Source: Candidatus Iainarchaeum sp.
Lineage (GTDB): Archaea; Iainarchaeota; Iainarchaeia; Iainarchaeales; DTGL01
Direction: 5' to 3'
Length of the DNA stretch: 42,673 bases
Assembly: GCA_038886995.1 (NCBI GenBank)
Contig: JAWALG010000005.1
Span: 1-42,673 of the forward strand
In this document: in pieces, positions 1-10,500 of the stretch
Layout of the letters: each line of letters starts with the position of its first letter
How positions within the stretch are numbered: the stretch's first letter is position 1
The notes under the pieces: model-generated
What the model saw: the letters and a program-made list of their open reading frames with translations, nothing else
Told to the model about the DNA's origin: nothing
Databases searched by the model: none
Position numbers and translations under genes: made by a program

Positions 1-279
1 ACCATCCTTCTTAAGCCCTTTGCTTACATCTACGCAATCAGCCAAGGTTGGGTCCAAAACTAAAACAAAATCAGGAAAATAAACATGATTCCTCACTAAA
101 ATTGGCTTATCAGATATTCTTGTAAACGCCTCAACAGGTGCGCCACGCCTCTCAACGCCAAAGCTCGGAAATGCTTGGCAATATTTGCCATCGTAGAAAG
201 CAGCAACCGCAAGCACTTGGCTGCTTGTTACAGCACCTTGGCCTCCCCGGCCATGAATCCTAACTTCTTTTAGAACCAT
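1..279 (-). CDS. porG: Pyruvate/2-oxoacid:ferredoxin oxidoreductase gamma subunit (5' part; runs off the window's left edge)
   Basis: Reverse-strand translation from ATG at 279 gives [57 protein letters not shown]. The HGRGGQG and FGVERRGAP signatures are present. Not in the supplied ORF track. Confidence 0.93.
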   Translation of the reverse strand, partial: MVLKEVRIHGRGGQGAVTSSQVLAVAAFYDGKYCQAFPSFGVERRGAPVEAFTRISDKPILVRNHVYFPDFVLVLDPTLADCVDVSKGLKKDG

Positions 280-304
280 AAACTTAAAATCAGCAGTAAT
301 AAAT

Positions 305-796
305 TTAAATGTTTGGTTTACCTTCAACCCAGGAGTTAATATAATGGCCTATAAGATATGTGAGTATCAATACTATGATCGCAACTGCAAAGTGCTCAAG
401 TACAACCTCTAGCTTATTAACATTCTGCTCAGAGGCGATTGAGTAGCTAAATATTCCCAACATCAAGAAGCCAAGAATAATGTTTGCAATAACTGCTGCC
501 TGTAGTTCTAATATTATTAAAGGCACTACAAACACAGATGCGAAAAGGAACTTGAAAATAAGTGTAGAAAATGTCGACTGCCAGATTTCTTTTTTAGTAT
601 GCTTGTTTTCTGCCTCTTCTGAAAGGTGTATGCCAAGGGCATCAGAAAGAGCATCAGCAGTTGCTATGAGCAAAACGCCACTTATCACAACCAATTTTGA
701 TTCTGTGCTTGCATAAAGGCCCATCATAAGGCCTAGCGTAGTTATTACTGCTGATGTCAGCCCAAAACTGAAGCCTACTTTTATTGAATGGTTCAC
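305..796 (-). CDS. VIT1/CCC1-like membrane protein (putative Fe/Mn transporter)
   Basis: [13 protein letters not shown]...[17 protein letters not shown] motif; about 5 TM helices. Confidence 0.75.
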   Translation of the reverse strand: MNHSIKVGFSFGLTSAVITTLGLMMGLYASTESKLVVISGVLLIATADALSDALGIHLSEEAENKHTKKEIWQSTFSTLIFKFLFASVFVVPLIILELQAAVIANIILGFLMLGIFSYSIASEQNVNKLEVVLEHFAVAIIVLILTYLIGHYINSWVEGKPNI

Positions 797-864
797 AATT
801 AAGATAATTGCTAGGTGTTTATATTTTTTTCTAATTGCTATTCTTGTAATTTTGGTGCTTCATT

Positions 865-1140
865 ATGATAAAAGAGGTATCTGTTCAAGTTCGCGGTCTT
901 GTCCAAGGCGTCTTTTTTAGGGCCTTTACAAAGGAACAGGCCTTGGCTCTTGGCATAAAAGGCCATGTCAGGAATATGCCTGATGGCAGCGTAAGCATTG
1001 TTGCCCAAGGCACAGAAGAGGCCTTAAAAAAATTCCTTGAAAAAATAAGGCAAGGACCTCCAGGCGCGGTTGTTGAGCGCGTTGATGTGGAGTGGGGCCT
1101 ACCATTAAAGAAGTATGAGGCATTTGAAATTTTGAAATGA
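865..1140 (+). CDS. acyP: Acylphosphatase
   Basis: VRGLVQGVFFR and GHVRNMPDGSV motifs; 91 aa. Confidence 0.95.
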   Translation: MIKEVSVQVRGLVQGVFFRAFTKEQALALGIKGHVRNMPDGSVSIVAQGTEEALKKFLEKIRQGPPGAVVERVDVEWGLPLKKYEAFEILK

Positions 1141-1151
1141 GTTTATGCTGT

Positions 1152-1616
1152 CTAAGGTTTTACATTGATTTTCGCTTCTTTTGTAAATGTCTTATTGTTT
1201 ATGTTTACTTTAATGTCTATGATGTAGCTGCCTTCATTTATCCCATCTAGCGGGGTTACAAGGAAATTCAAAACCCTGAACTGGCCACGCTCTATTGTGC
1301 TTACTGTTTTTTTGTCCTCACTCCCAACGCCAATAGCTATTGCACTTTTATCCCTCGCAGAAACAATTATCTCGACATTTTTAGCGTCACTTTCAGTAAC
1401 ATTTGTTACTTTTACTTCAAGAAGAGTGTATTTCTTCTGCGAGAGCACAAGAGGGTTGTCTTGAAATTTTGCCTCTATTGGTTGGTTGAGCGTTGAAGAC
1501 AAGAATATTGCTAAAAGCAAAAAGAAGACAACAAGCAAAATAGCTATGCCAATATAGGCTGCTTTTTTTGAGTCAATGCCAAATGAAAACATTTTTTCTG
1601 AGTCGTATATGCCCAT
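1152..1616 (-). CDS. Membrane-anchored hypothetical protein with Ig-like/CARDB-like beta domain
   Basis: One TM helix, then a beta-rich domain (VKVTNVTESDAKNVEI...EGSYIIDIKV). Start moved to ATG 1616, which follows a GTGA SD-like site. Confidence 0.6.
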   Translation of the reverse strand: MGIYDSEKMFSFGIDSKKAAYIGIAILLVVFFLLLAIFLSSTLNQPIEAKFQDNPLVLSQKKYTLLEVKVTNVTESDAKNVEIIVSARDKSAIAIGVGSEDKKTVSTIERGQFRVLNFLVTPLDGINEGSYIIDIKVNINNKTFTKEAKINVKP

Positions 1617-1620
1617 AAGA

Positions 1621-1911
1621 TCACGGTTGCATAAATAATCTTTCGTTTTCACCCTTTAAAAAACCTGCCTTAATTCCAGCATCAAGCCACGCATGAGCAT
1701 ATGAAAAAGCAGCCAAGGCAGTAACATTATCCCCCTTTGTTTGGTAATATTTTGCGTCGCTAAAATAAGCCCTTGAAACCTCTAAGAACTTTTGCGCTAG
1801 GTCATATTCTTTAGTTCCTTTTTTTGCAACAACCTCTATTTTTTCAAGTGCTTCTGCTGTAAGCTTTTCATACTTTTCAACCCTTAACTTAAGCTCTTCT
1901 AAAAGGCCCAA
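1621..1911 (-). CDS. DUF357 family protein
   Basis: RAYFSDAKYY...ALAAFSYAHAWLDAG motif. Lies directly downstream of dph5, its usual partner. Probable TTG start at 1911. Confidence 0.85.
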   Translation of the reverse strand: MGLLEELKLRVEKYEKLTAEALEKIEVVAKKGTKEYDLAQKFLEVSRAYFSDAKYYQTKGDNVTALAAFSYAHAWLDAGIKAGFLKGENERLFMQP

Positions 1912-1912
1912 C

Positions 1913-2665
1913 TTAAACCCCCTTTCCGTATAATGCCTTAATTGCTTTCCTTTCATTTTCACTCAGTTCTGCGCAAACTATAAGCGAAGTTGGTGCAGCA
2001 AGCTTTTGACCCAAAAGCTCGGACGCTTTCCCTACAAATATTTGCTGCATATCGCTGCCTGCACAGCATATTGCTATGATTTGTGCATTTTTCATGATCT
2101 TGTTCTTTCTTTTCTTTTCAATCTCCAGCAGGCGTTCAATTGCTGCATGGGCATCAATCTGCTTGCCGTCTTTTATGTCAAGCAAGCAAAGCGTGTGGAG
2201 CTTGTTTTTGTAATTCCTCGCAAGCTTTTCATAGAATGATGTCGGTGCATATTTTTCTTCAGGCAGCACTATACTTATAGTTTCGCCAAAGCGGTAACTG
2301 CTTAGGCCGCTGAGCCCAATGTAATTCTGGATTGATATCCCTTGTATGACTTTATAATCAACACCGAGCTCTTTGCAGTCAATCAATAGCTGTACATGCG
2401 TAGTTGCAAAAAGAGCATTGCCAATAACAATTAAGCCAATATTCTTTTCTTTTGCTGTCTTTAGCTTCTCAAAAAAGAGACCTTCAATCTCAATCCTCCC
2501 GAGAGGCACTATTTTTTTGCCCGCAAGCTTTTCAAGCTTCTCAAGCATGCCTTCGCACAAGCTGGTGTATGTATCAAAGTAGAGTTCTTCGCAGCTTTTT
2601 ATTGCATCAAATGCCTCAATAGTAAGCTGTTTTGGGCTCATCCCAACGCTTATTAGATAGAACAT
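1913..2665 (-). CDS. dph5: Diphthine synthase
   Basis: MFYLISVG start, ATTH, GLSSYRFGET and HTLCLLDI motifs; ATG at 2665. Confidence 0.9.
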   Translation of the reverse strand: MFYLISVGMSPKQLTIEAFDAIKSCEELYFDTYTSLCEGMLEKLEKLAGKKIVPLGRIEIEGLFFEKLKTAKEKNIGLIVIGNALFATTHVQLLIDCKELGVDYKVIQGISIQNYIGLSGLSSYRFGETISIVLPEEKYAPTSFYEKLARNYKNKLHTLCLLDIKDGKQIDAHAAIERLLEIEKKRKNKIMKNAQIIAICCAGSDMQQIFVGKASELLGQKLAAPTSLIVCAELSENERKAIKALYGKGV

Positions 2666-2732
2666 CCTGACCAATAAAATTTGGCACAAGAGTTATTTAA
2701 AAGTTGACGCATATAATAAATAAGGGGTTTTT

Positions 2733-4001
2733 ATGGTTTCTCTTAAAAATAGCCCTTACCTTATGGGTCTATTGGCCTTAGCTGTTGTTTTGTTTTCTAT
2801 ATTTTTTGTATACTTTTTGACCACGAGGGATTCTACTACTTTGCCTGATGTTGATCAAAACTATACGCCTGTAATTTCTCCAACGCCTGCTAAGACACCT
2901 TGGCATACACCAACAGTTACAACTCAGCAGCTTGCTGATTATGAAGTTCACGAGTGGGGTGTTATTGCCGGCTGTGACAAAAACAATGACTGGGTATTGA
3001 CTTCAAGACCTGAAGAAGTTTTAGTTGTTAAGCAGCCAGTTGTGTATGTGCATTCTACCAAGCACGGGGGCAAGGTTAAAAGCTTTAGCGCAAGGGCTGT
3101 TTTTTCTGATGGAAAGCCAACGCTCACTTATCCAGAAGCATTAGTTTCTGGAGGCAAGGCAGAATGGAAAGATGTAAAAATTGTTGAAGCAAAGGCACTA
3201 CCGCCAATGGGGGAGTATAAGAGGTTAGTTCCATTAGAATCGATAATCCCAACCTTGAATGATGTTGAGGCTGACATGCTAAACTACAATGGCATAGAAG
3301 CCAGGTTCTTGTTTTATGAAGGCGACCTCAAGTTCCAGAACAAGGTTTCTGTTACTTACAGCCTGAAAAGCAAGAAAGCAAATGTTGTAAACAATTTCAA
3401 TTATGATGTCTATGATGTCACTTTGTCAGTAAAGGAAGACCCCCATTTCATCTATGGTGAATACTTTTTGGGATCCTTGGATGTTTTGCCAGCAGGCAAA
3501 AGTGCAGAGATTCAGCTTGAAGAAACCCCTAATTACCCAGACCTTAATGCTAAAATGCAAAGCATTGGTTTTACCGAGAAAGAGTCAGAAGCATTCCAAA
3601 GCTTGTGGCAAATGCCTTTTTTCTACCCGACAAACTTAGGCACTTTTGCTAAGCTTTCTTATAGGATTCCGCAAAAAGAAGTTGATAAGCTCATAAAGCT
3701 AGAGCTTGACCCAGAGCCAAAGAAAAAGCTCAGGACATTATGGGTCCTAGTGGATGTTGAAAGTAAAGATAAAGACAGCAATAGCACAAGTCGCACTGAT
3801 TGCACTTCAGATGCTGACTGCGCGTGGGTAAGCACGAATTGCTGCCCTGAAAACGCGGGCGCATACTGGGAATGCATAAACCCCAAGAACATAAAGCTGA
3901 ATTGCCCAAGCCTATACAGAGACCTAATATGCCCGCTAGTCATAAGCCCTAAGCCAGAAAAAAATTGCATTTGTAAAGCAGGTTCTTGTATTGCTGAATA
4001 A
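2733..4001 (+). CDS. Membrane-anchored exported protein: TM, Pro/Thr linker, VHEWG/KQPVVY domain, C-terminal 10-Cys module
   Basis: N-terminal TM, TPVISPTPAKTP linker, C-terminal CTSDADC...CC...CICKAGSC; GGGG SD before ATG. Confidence 0.7.
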   Translation: MVSLKNSPYLMGLLALAVVLFSIFFVYFLTTRDSTTLPDVDQNYTPVISPTPAKTPWHTPTVTTQQLADYEVHEWGVIAGCDKNNDWVLTSRPEEVLVVKQPVVYVHSTKHGGKVKSFSARAVFSDGKPTLTYPEALVSGGKAEWKDVKIVEAKALPPMGEYKRLVPLESIIPTLNDVEADMLNYNGIEARFLFYEGDLKFQNKVSVTYSLKSKKANVVNNFNYDVYDVTLSVKEDPHFIYGEYFLGSLDVLPAGKSAEIQLEETPNYPDLNAKMQSIGFTEKESEAFQSLWQMPFFYPTNLGTFAKLSYRIPQKEVDKLIKLELDPEPKKKLRTLWVLVDVESKDKDSNSTSRTDCTSDADCAWVSTNCCPENAGAYWECINPKNIKLNCPSLYRDLICPLVISPKPEKNCICKAGSCIAE

Positions 4002-4010
4002 AGGGTGTTT

Positions 4011-4832
4011 TTAAGCAAGCCCCAATTTGAATACACTTGCAAGGCCTGTTGAGAAGCCCAATATTATTATGAAAAGCTTTGCAAAGTTTGCAAGGTTTTC
4101 TTTTTTCAAAGAGCGTTCAATATAGTAAACTAGGATTAATGCCAAAATCACTTTTATTAGAACAAAAAGCCAGGGACTTATGTTGAGAATGGCCTCGCTT
4201 ACAGGGTGCTGTTCACGAAAACTGAAAAATGATATTGCAATTGCTGTTGCAAAACCATCGAGAAGCTGCCCGGCTAAAACAAGAATGTTCATCTCATTTT
4301 TCCATATTTTTGCCTTTAAAGATACAAGGTATTTTACTGCGGCAGCTACAAAAACCACAAAAGCAAGCGGAAGAAAAAATGCAAACCAGTTAGTAAAATT
4401 CAAGACGCACAGCCCTAATGGATATGCCGCGGATATAATGCCAATAATTGCAAATGGCTTGTGGTAATTTTCTTTCCAGAAATTCCTGGATAGCAAAAGG
4501 CCTGTTATTGTAATTCCAAAAACAAGAAACCATACCCCTGGCGTGTAAGTCCAAAAGCCAAACTCTAATGGGTTGAATGTCTTGTAAACAAAAGGCAAAA
4601 GCTGGAATTCATTTATTGCTCGCAATGAAGCGCCAAGCAGAATATAAGGCATTATTGCAAGGGCAAAGCGCTTATCAAATTTTATGCCGCGTTTATCAAG
4701 AAAAGGAAAAATAACAAAAAAAGCAAGGCCAATTAGTATTGCACCATAAACAAAGGTGTTGACAATATTGTAGCCCTGATATGCCGAATCAACAGCGGGC
4801 CTAACGAAATATTCATCAAAGAATTCAGACAT
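4011..4832 (-). CDS. DUF63 family archaeal membrane protein
   Basis: GYNIVNT, LRA, TPG, GQLLDGFAT, EQHP and ILGF motifs. Confidence 0.85.
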   Translation of the reverse strand: MSEFFDEYFVRPAVDSAYQGYNIVNTFVYGAILIGLAFFVIFPFLDKRGIKFDKRFALAIMPYILLGASLRAINEFQLLPFVYKTFNPLEFGFWTYTPGVWFLVFGITITGLLLSRNFWKENYHKPFAIIGIISAAYPLGLCVLNFTNWFAFFLPLAFVVFVAAAVKYLVSLKAKIWKNEMNILVLAGQLLDGFATAIAISFFSFREQHPVSEAILNISPWLFVLIKVILALILVYYIERSLKKENLANFAKLFIIILGFSTGLASVFKLGLA

Positions 4833-4915
4833 ATTTTAAGAAACCTTGAAAGGTTTTTTATAGGGTTTTGATATTATGGAATATAAATTAAAAAACATCC
4901 CACAAAACAACAAAT

Positions 4916-5965
4916 ATGCCCCTTTGCTTGAGAACTAAGAAAAAATGCGGTGAAACAATTAGAAGAGCCCTAATTTCTATGGGGCTGTTAGATTTCAATT
5001 TCTTGCCATGCAAAGAAGGCCAAGATATATGGTTTGCTCTAAAAAAAAGACCAGATAAGACGCAAGCTGCTGAACTGAAAAAGGTCTGTGATTTTTCAAT
5101 AGAAGAAAAAGAGCTTTTTACTTCTGAGCATCGCTATAAATCTTTCAAAGATGTTCTTCGCGAGAAGCTTACTGAAAAAGAAGCCGAGCAACTTGTTACT
5201 TCTTTTGATGTTGTTGGCGATATTGCAATAATTGAAATACCCAAATCACTTGAAGATAAGAAGCACTTTATTGGCGAGGCACTGCTTAAAGTTCACCCGC
5301 ATTTGAAGACAGTTGCAAGGATATGCGGCGAGCATACTGGCGAATATAGGCTAAGGCCTGTTGAAATCATTGCTGGTGATAAAAAGACAGTTACATTGCA
5401 TAAAGAGTCCGGCTGTTTATTTAGGGTTGATATAGCAAAAACATACTTTTCTCCTAGATTAAGCTTCGAGAGGATGAGAATCGCACGGCTTATACAGCCC
5501 AATGAGGTTGTTGGTGCTTGGTTCGCTGGCGTAGGTCCATTTCCCATAATATTTGCTAAGCATACAAAAATGGACTGTGCTTGGGCAATTGAGCTTAACC
5601 CAGACGCTTATGCTTTGCTTATAGAAAATATAAAGCTAAACAAGTGCGAAAATAAAGTTAGGCCTATTCATGGGGATGTAAAGAAAATAGTACCAAACCT
5701 CAAGGAGAAGTTTGATCGCATAGTTATGCCAATGCCAAAAGGGGCTGAAGAGTTTCTTGATGAGGTTTTTCTCTCAGCCAAAGCTGACTGTAAAGTCCAT
5801 TTTTATCGATTTGCAGACGCAAAAAAACCTTTTGAGGAAGCTGAGCAGCACATCTTAGCTGCAGCTGAAAAAAATTCAAGAAGCGCAGTTTTTTTGGAGA
5901 AGCGAATTGTAAGGTCAGTTTCTGCTTCTAAGGTGCAAATAGTTATTGATTTTGAGGTCAAATAG
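4916..5965 (+). CDS. trm5: tRNA (guanine37-N1)-methyltransferase, Trm5/Met-10+ family (Trm5a/Taw22-like motifs)
   Basis: SFDVVGDIAII, GEYRLR, YFSPRLSFER, FAGVGPF, IELNP and DRIVMPMPK motifs; N-terminal D1 domain present. Confidence 0.88.
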   Translation: MPLCLRTKKKCGETIRRALISMGLLDFNFLPCKEGQDIWFALKKRPDKTQAAELKKVCDFSIEEKELFTSEHRYKSFKDVLREKLTEKEAEQLVTSFDVVGDIAIIEIPKSLEDKKHFIGEALLKVHPHLKTVARICGEHTGEYRLRPVEIIAGDKKTVTLHKESGCLFRVDIAKTYFSPRLSFERMRIARLIQPNEVVGAWFAGVGPFPIIFAKHTKMDCAWAIELNPDAYALLIENIKLNKCENKVRPIHGDVKKIVPNLKEKFDRIVMPMPKGAEEFLDEVFLSAKADCKVHFYRFADAKKPFEEAEQHILAAAEKNSRSAVFLEKRIVRSVSASKVQIVIDFEVK

Positions 5966-6026
5966 CTGAATTTTTCTAATTCACTCTCACAATAAGTTTT
6001 TATTTTTAGAAGCTTTATTGAATACT

Positions 6027-7529
6027 ATGCCCTTGCTTGCTGTGCCATTTACAATGATTGGGATAATTGTTATAGTTGCCCTTGCGCTCAGCACCTTAGT
6101 GAAAAAACTCGGCCAAAATGAAGTTATAGGTTTTATAATAGCTGGCTTTATCTTAGGGCCTTTTTTTCTTGGGTTGATAAGCCCAAAGGACTCGCTTATT
6201 CAGGTATTTTCAGAGCTGGGTCTTTTCGTGCTATTGTTTTACTTAGGCCTTGAGCTTTCTTGGAAGCAGTTTCTTTCTGCTGGCTCTGCGGTTTTCGGCT
6301 TGGCAATAATTGACCTTATTTTTGTCATGTCTTTAGGGACATTGACTATGCTTGCCCTTGGGTATAGCCCCTTTTTTGCAATTGTTATCGGTGCAATGCT
6401 CCCCAACACAAGCACAGCCATAATTGCAAAGTTTGTAATAGACAGGAAGATAGTTCACCTCAATGGCGCAAAGGTTGCGCTATCAATCAATGTTTTACAG
6501 GACTTTTTAGGAATAATGATTCTCGTTCTTATAGCAAGCATGTCAAAGTTTAAGGGCGGTGGGCCTTTAGCTATACTAAATACAGGCCTTACAGCAGTAG
6601 TATTTGCTGCTAGTGCATTTTACTGCGTACATTATCTTTCAAGAAAAGTTGAGAGATACATAAAGCAAGAGGGCTTTGGGCAAGTAAAAATGGCTCTTTA
6701 CGCTGTGGGCATTGGCATAATTGTTGCTACTCTTGGCGACACTTTAGGCCTTTCAGCCAGCTTAGGCGCATACTTTGCTGGCTTTGCCTTAAGCGAGACA
6801 GCATCTGGTAAAAGGATAAAGAATAACATATCTTTCCTTATGGATTTCTTTTTAGTTTTCTTCTTCGTTGCCTTTGGTACAACAATATTTTATGACTCGG
6901 TCAGCGAAGCAGTTTTAATACCTCAAACACAAGAACTTCTTTACCTTATTGCAGTTGCCTTCTTTTTGGGTGTTTTGACATTTTTGGGTAACTCTCTTTG
7001 CATCAAATTCTTGGGTGCAAAGTTTGGTTTGAGCTCAGAGGACTCTTCTATGGCAGCAATACTCTTGTGCCCTTTAGGTGAGTTTCTTATAGTAATTGCC
7101 CAAGTAGTCTCAGCAGGCGGACTTTTGAGTACAGCAGAAGCAAAGGTTGTTAACTTCTTGGCATTTTTGCTGATAATAATAACAATACTGCTATTCCAGC
7201 CGGTTTATAATTATCGGCATCTGCATGAAAAGGTTTTCTCTCTAATTCCAAAGCTTCCTAAGTCGAAGGAAAAGACAGTACTCAAAGCAAATACCCCTTA
7301 TGTTATGAAGCAAGCAAAGTCAATGGCTTCAAATGCTTTTATTGTCATTTGCCTCGTCCTTATGACTGTGTTTCTGTACTATGACCTGCCCCATTTTGGG
7401 GTTCCAATTGTGTATAGCCGCGAAGTAACTGCTTTTGCAGTTTTTTGTTTCTTTGCAGCATTGCCTGCTTATAAGGCCTTTTTGGCATTCAAAAAGATTT
7501 TGAGGCATTCAATTTATAGCCCAATTTAG
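6027..7529 (+). CDS. Cation:proton antiporter, CPA2/KefB-like
   Basis: GFIIAGFILGP, SELGLFVLLFYLGLE, STAI, NVLQDF, LGAYFAG and PLGEF motifs; extra C-terminal TM helices instead of a TrkA-N domain. Confidence 0.88.
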   Translation: MPLLAVPFTMIGIIVIVALALSTLVKKLGQNEVIGFIIAGFILGPFFLGLISPKDSLIQVFSELGLFVLLFYLGLELSWKQFLSAGSAVFGLAIIDLIFVMSLGTLTMLALGYSPFFAIVIGAMLPNTSTAIIAKFVIDRKIVHLNGAKVALSINVLQDFLGIMILVLIASMSKFKGGGPLAILNTGLTAVVFAASAFYCVHYLSRKVERYIKQEGFGQVKMALYAVGIGIIVATLGDTLGLSASLGAYFAGFALSETASGKRIKNNISFLMDFFLVFFFVAFGTTIFYDSVSEAVLIPQTQELLYLIAVAFFLGVLTFLGNSLCIKFLGAKFGLSSEDSSMAAILLCPLGEFLIVIAQVVSAGGLLSTAEAKVVNFLAFLLIIITILLFQPVYNYRHLHEKVFSLIPKLPKSKEKTVLKANTPYVMKQAKSMASNAFIVICLVLMTVFLYYDLPHFGVPIVYSREVTAFAVFCFFAALPAYKAFLAFKKILRHSIYSPI

Positions 7530-7542
7530 GGCTTAGCATATT

Positions 7543-10500
7543 TTAATTTGGACCTTCTTTAAGCTTGATAAACCTTAAATACTCTTTTCTTTTAATCTTC
7601 TGCTCAACTGCTTTAAGCTTCTCTTCCGCTTCCTTATACTTTTCCTTAAACTCTCTCTCCGAAATATGCCTCTTGAAATACTCTGCCTTCGTCTTCTTCA
7701 TAAAGGAAATAATGCTGCGCTTCTCAGCAACAAGCTTTGATTTAGCGTCCTTAATCCTAAATGTAACCTTTGCCCCAGCAAAGAACACAACTGCAATGAT
7801 CAGCACAGCAACAAACAAAGAGCCAATCTCAAACGCACCTGGCATCCAGTTAAGCTTTACATTTAGCTCCCCAGAGCCCTTAAGTGGCGAATTGATGCTG
7901 ACAATTATGCTGTGAGCATTAAAGTCAAGAGGTCTCTCAAGCTCAGCAACATAAACATTGCCTGATCTCCTGAATACAGCGTTTTGCATTGCATTATCCA
8001 CAGTTATTGTTCCTTTTAGTTCATTCCAAGCTATTTTTTCACCATCTGCATATGAAACCCCAATCAATATTTTCCCAGGTTTCTCGCTAAAGCTTGAGTT
8101 CTGCTTGCTTGGACTCACAAAATCAATCTTAAGGGTAGAAACAACATTGAATCTATGCCTTAGCAAGTCAATAGCGTTGCTATCTGTAGCGTAAGCATAA
8201 AACTCGCAGTCAAGTTTACTGCTAGAGAAATCAGAGGGCAATAAAAGCACATAAGAATGCACATCGTTGTCTGCATCATAGCTCATCATCTCATTTATAA
8301 CCCAATTGCCTTCAGCGCACTTTATGCTTATCTTTCCTTTCAAATATTTTGCTGAGCCAATCTTAAGCATTATCCTCTCTTCTCTCAGCAAATAAAGCTT
8401 TTCAGGCAAAGCAAACGTCTCTATATAAAAATCAGGGTTCCTTGGCTCAACCTTTATTGGAATAATGCTCTCTGCTTCATTGCCAAATATATCACTGCCA
8501 ACAACATGAAGCTTTAAGCTGTTCAAATCCTTAAAAGACACCTTATGGTTAACTTCAATTGAAGCAGAGCTCCTAAATAGGTTGAAATCAAGAACCTTTG
8601 ATTTATCACTGCTGATAAGCTCAGCCCTCAAATAACTTATTGGAAACTCCGCCTTTGAGTTATCAACCACAAAAGCAACCGCCTCAGTAGAAATAAAGTC
8701 ACCTATATGGAATACCTTATTGTTAAAGCCACTAACTGCTTTGAGCTTGCATGGCTCAAACCTAATGGGGAAAATCCTAGTATAATACTTTGGTTTCCCA
8801 TCCTCAGTTGCAATGATCCTCAATGAAACAAACTCAGTGTTTTTAACAGAGCATTTTTGAATAACAACATTCGCACTTATCAGACCATCTTTAAGTATTC
8901 CGCCGATATTTTGGCCTCTAAAGTAAACATCAACATAAGCAGCCCTTAAGTTATTTCCATTTGCATCCTTTGCCAGAATCTTTACCCGAAACTCACCATT
9001 TTTTGCTAGGGCTCCTTTTGGCTCCAAAAGCTCAACTGATAAGGCTGTCTTATGAACACTAACAAAGACACTCTTTTGGCTTATCAACTCATTGCTGAAT
9101 GGCTCACTTAATGAAAGCTTTACCTCAAACTCACCTACAGATGAAAACAAGTGGTAAGATTCAATTTGCTTTATTCCCAAGAAACCCTTTGCAGAGTCCT
9201 CAATAACCCCATCTTCAGTAGTTCCATCAGCAAAATCCCAAACATATCTCTTTCCAGAGCTATTGACAACGGTTGCAACAAACTTAAGCAGTTCGCCTTC
9301 ATCCACTTTGCCATAGCATGGCTCAAGTGTTTCATCAGGCATTACCTTAAATACCTCAATCTTAACAATGCTTGGCTTTGCTGACGCTAGCGTATAAAAT
9401 TCTCCCGAAAGCTTAGCACTTTCCTTTCCAGAAGAGCATTTTATCTCAAACAAATACTTTTTGTTTGGTTCAAGCGCAGATAGCGTTGATTCATGCATCA
9501 ACCCTGCCTTAGAGCTTACCAAAGCTTTGCTCAGAGCAGCATCAATTCCATAAAGCAATTGGCAGCTTGCTTCAGTGCTGGTTGACCAGCCAATTAGCGC
9601 AGAGTCATAGCTGCTCCATAAGTTCTGGAGATTAATCTCAATTGAAGAGCCAATCGTTGAGAACTCGCCCTCAAAGTAAGAGTTTTTACCAAAGGCAGAG
9701 GCAGCTATCTTATAATAGTAAGTTGTGCCTGACTCAAGGTTTCTAAGAAAAATCTCATGAAAGGATCCGGTGCTTTTTGCAGAATTTACCCAAGAACCTT
9801 TAACAGTGCTATAATAAAGTGTAACCTCCGCATTGGCAATTGTCTCAAATGAGACCTTTGCTGAATTCTGCGTAACCTCTGAAACCTTAACATTCCTAAT
9901 CTCTAAGCTATTGTCAGAACTCGAGACAGTAAACCTGACAAAATTGCCCAACTCCTCGTTTCCAGCATTGTCAACAGAATAGAAGGCAATTTCATGGTAT
10001 CCTTCTGAGGAAATGACAATGCTGTCAGAGTAAGTCCTTAGCCCAGAACCATCAACATTATACCTTATTTCTTTGCAACCAGAGCCAACATCATTGCAAG
10101 AAAGTGTAATCTCTGCTTTCCCCTGGACAGTGCTTCCATTGCTTGGGCCTGAGTATGAAGTAACAGGCGCTTTATTATCAACTCGCAGCATTATGCTTTG
10201 CATGGCCTCTACATTCCCATAAGAATCCTCAGAGTAATACCTTATGTAAAACGAGCAAATCAGCTCAGGGCAGTCATTAGAGTTAATGAAAAACTCATTT
10301 CCTTTTTTGCTTGGGCTGCAAGCATTGGCCTTATCATAGCAATAATAGGTTTCACATCCGGACTCATCTAAGCAATTAAACTCCACAAGCACCGGCATTT
10401 TATACCATGAATATGGGTTTATGTTTATGGAAGTCAGTGGCGGTGTCTCATCCTGTGGTGTTTGGCCCACGTTTGCGCCTGTTTGATTATCTTTGCATTC

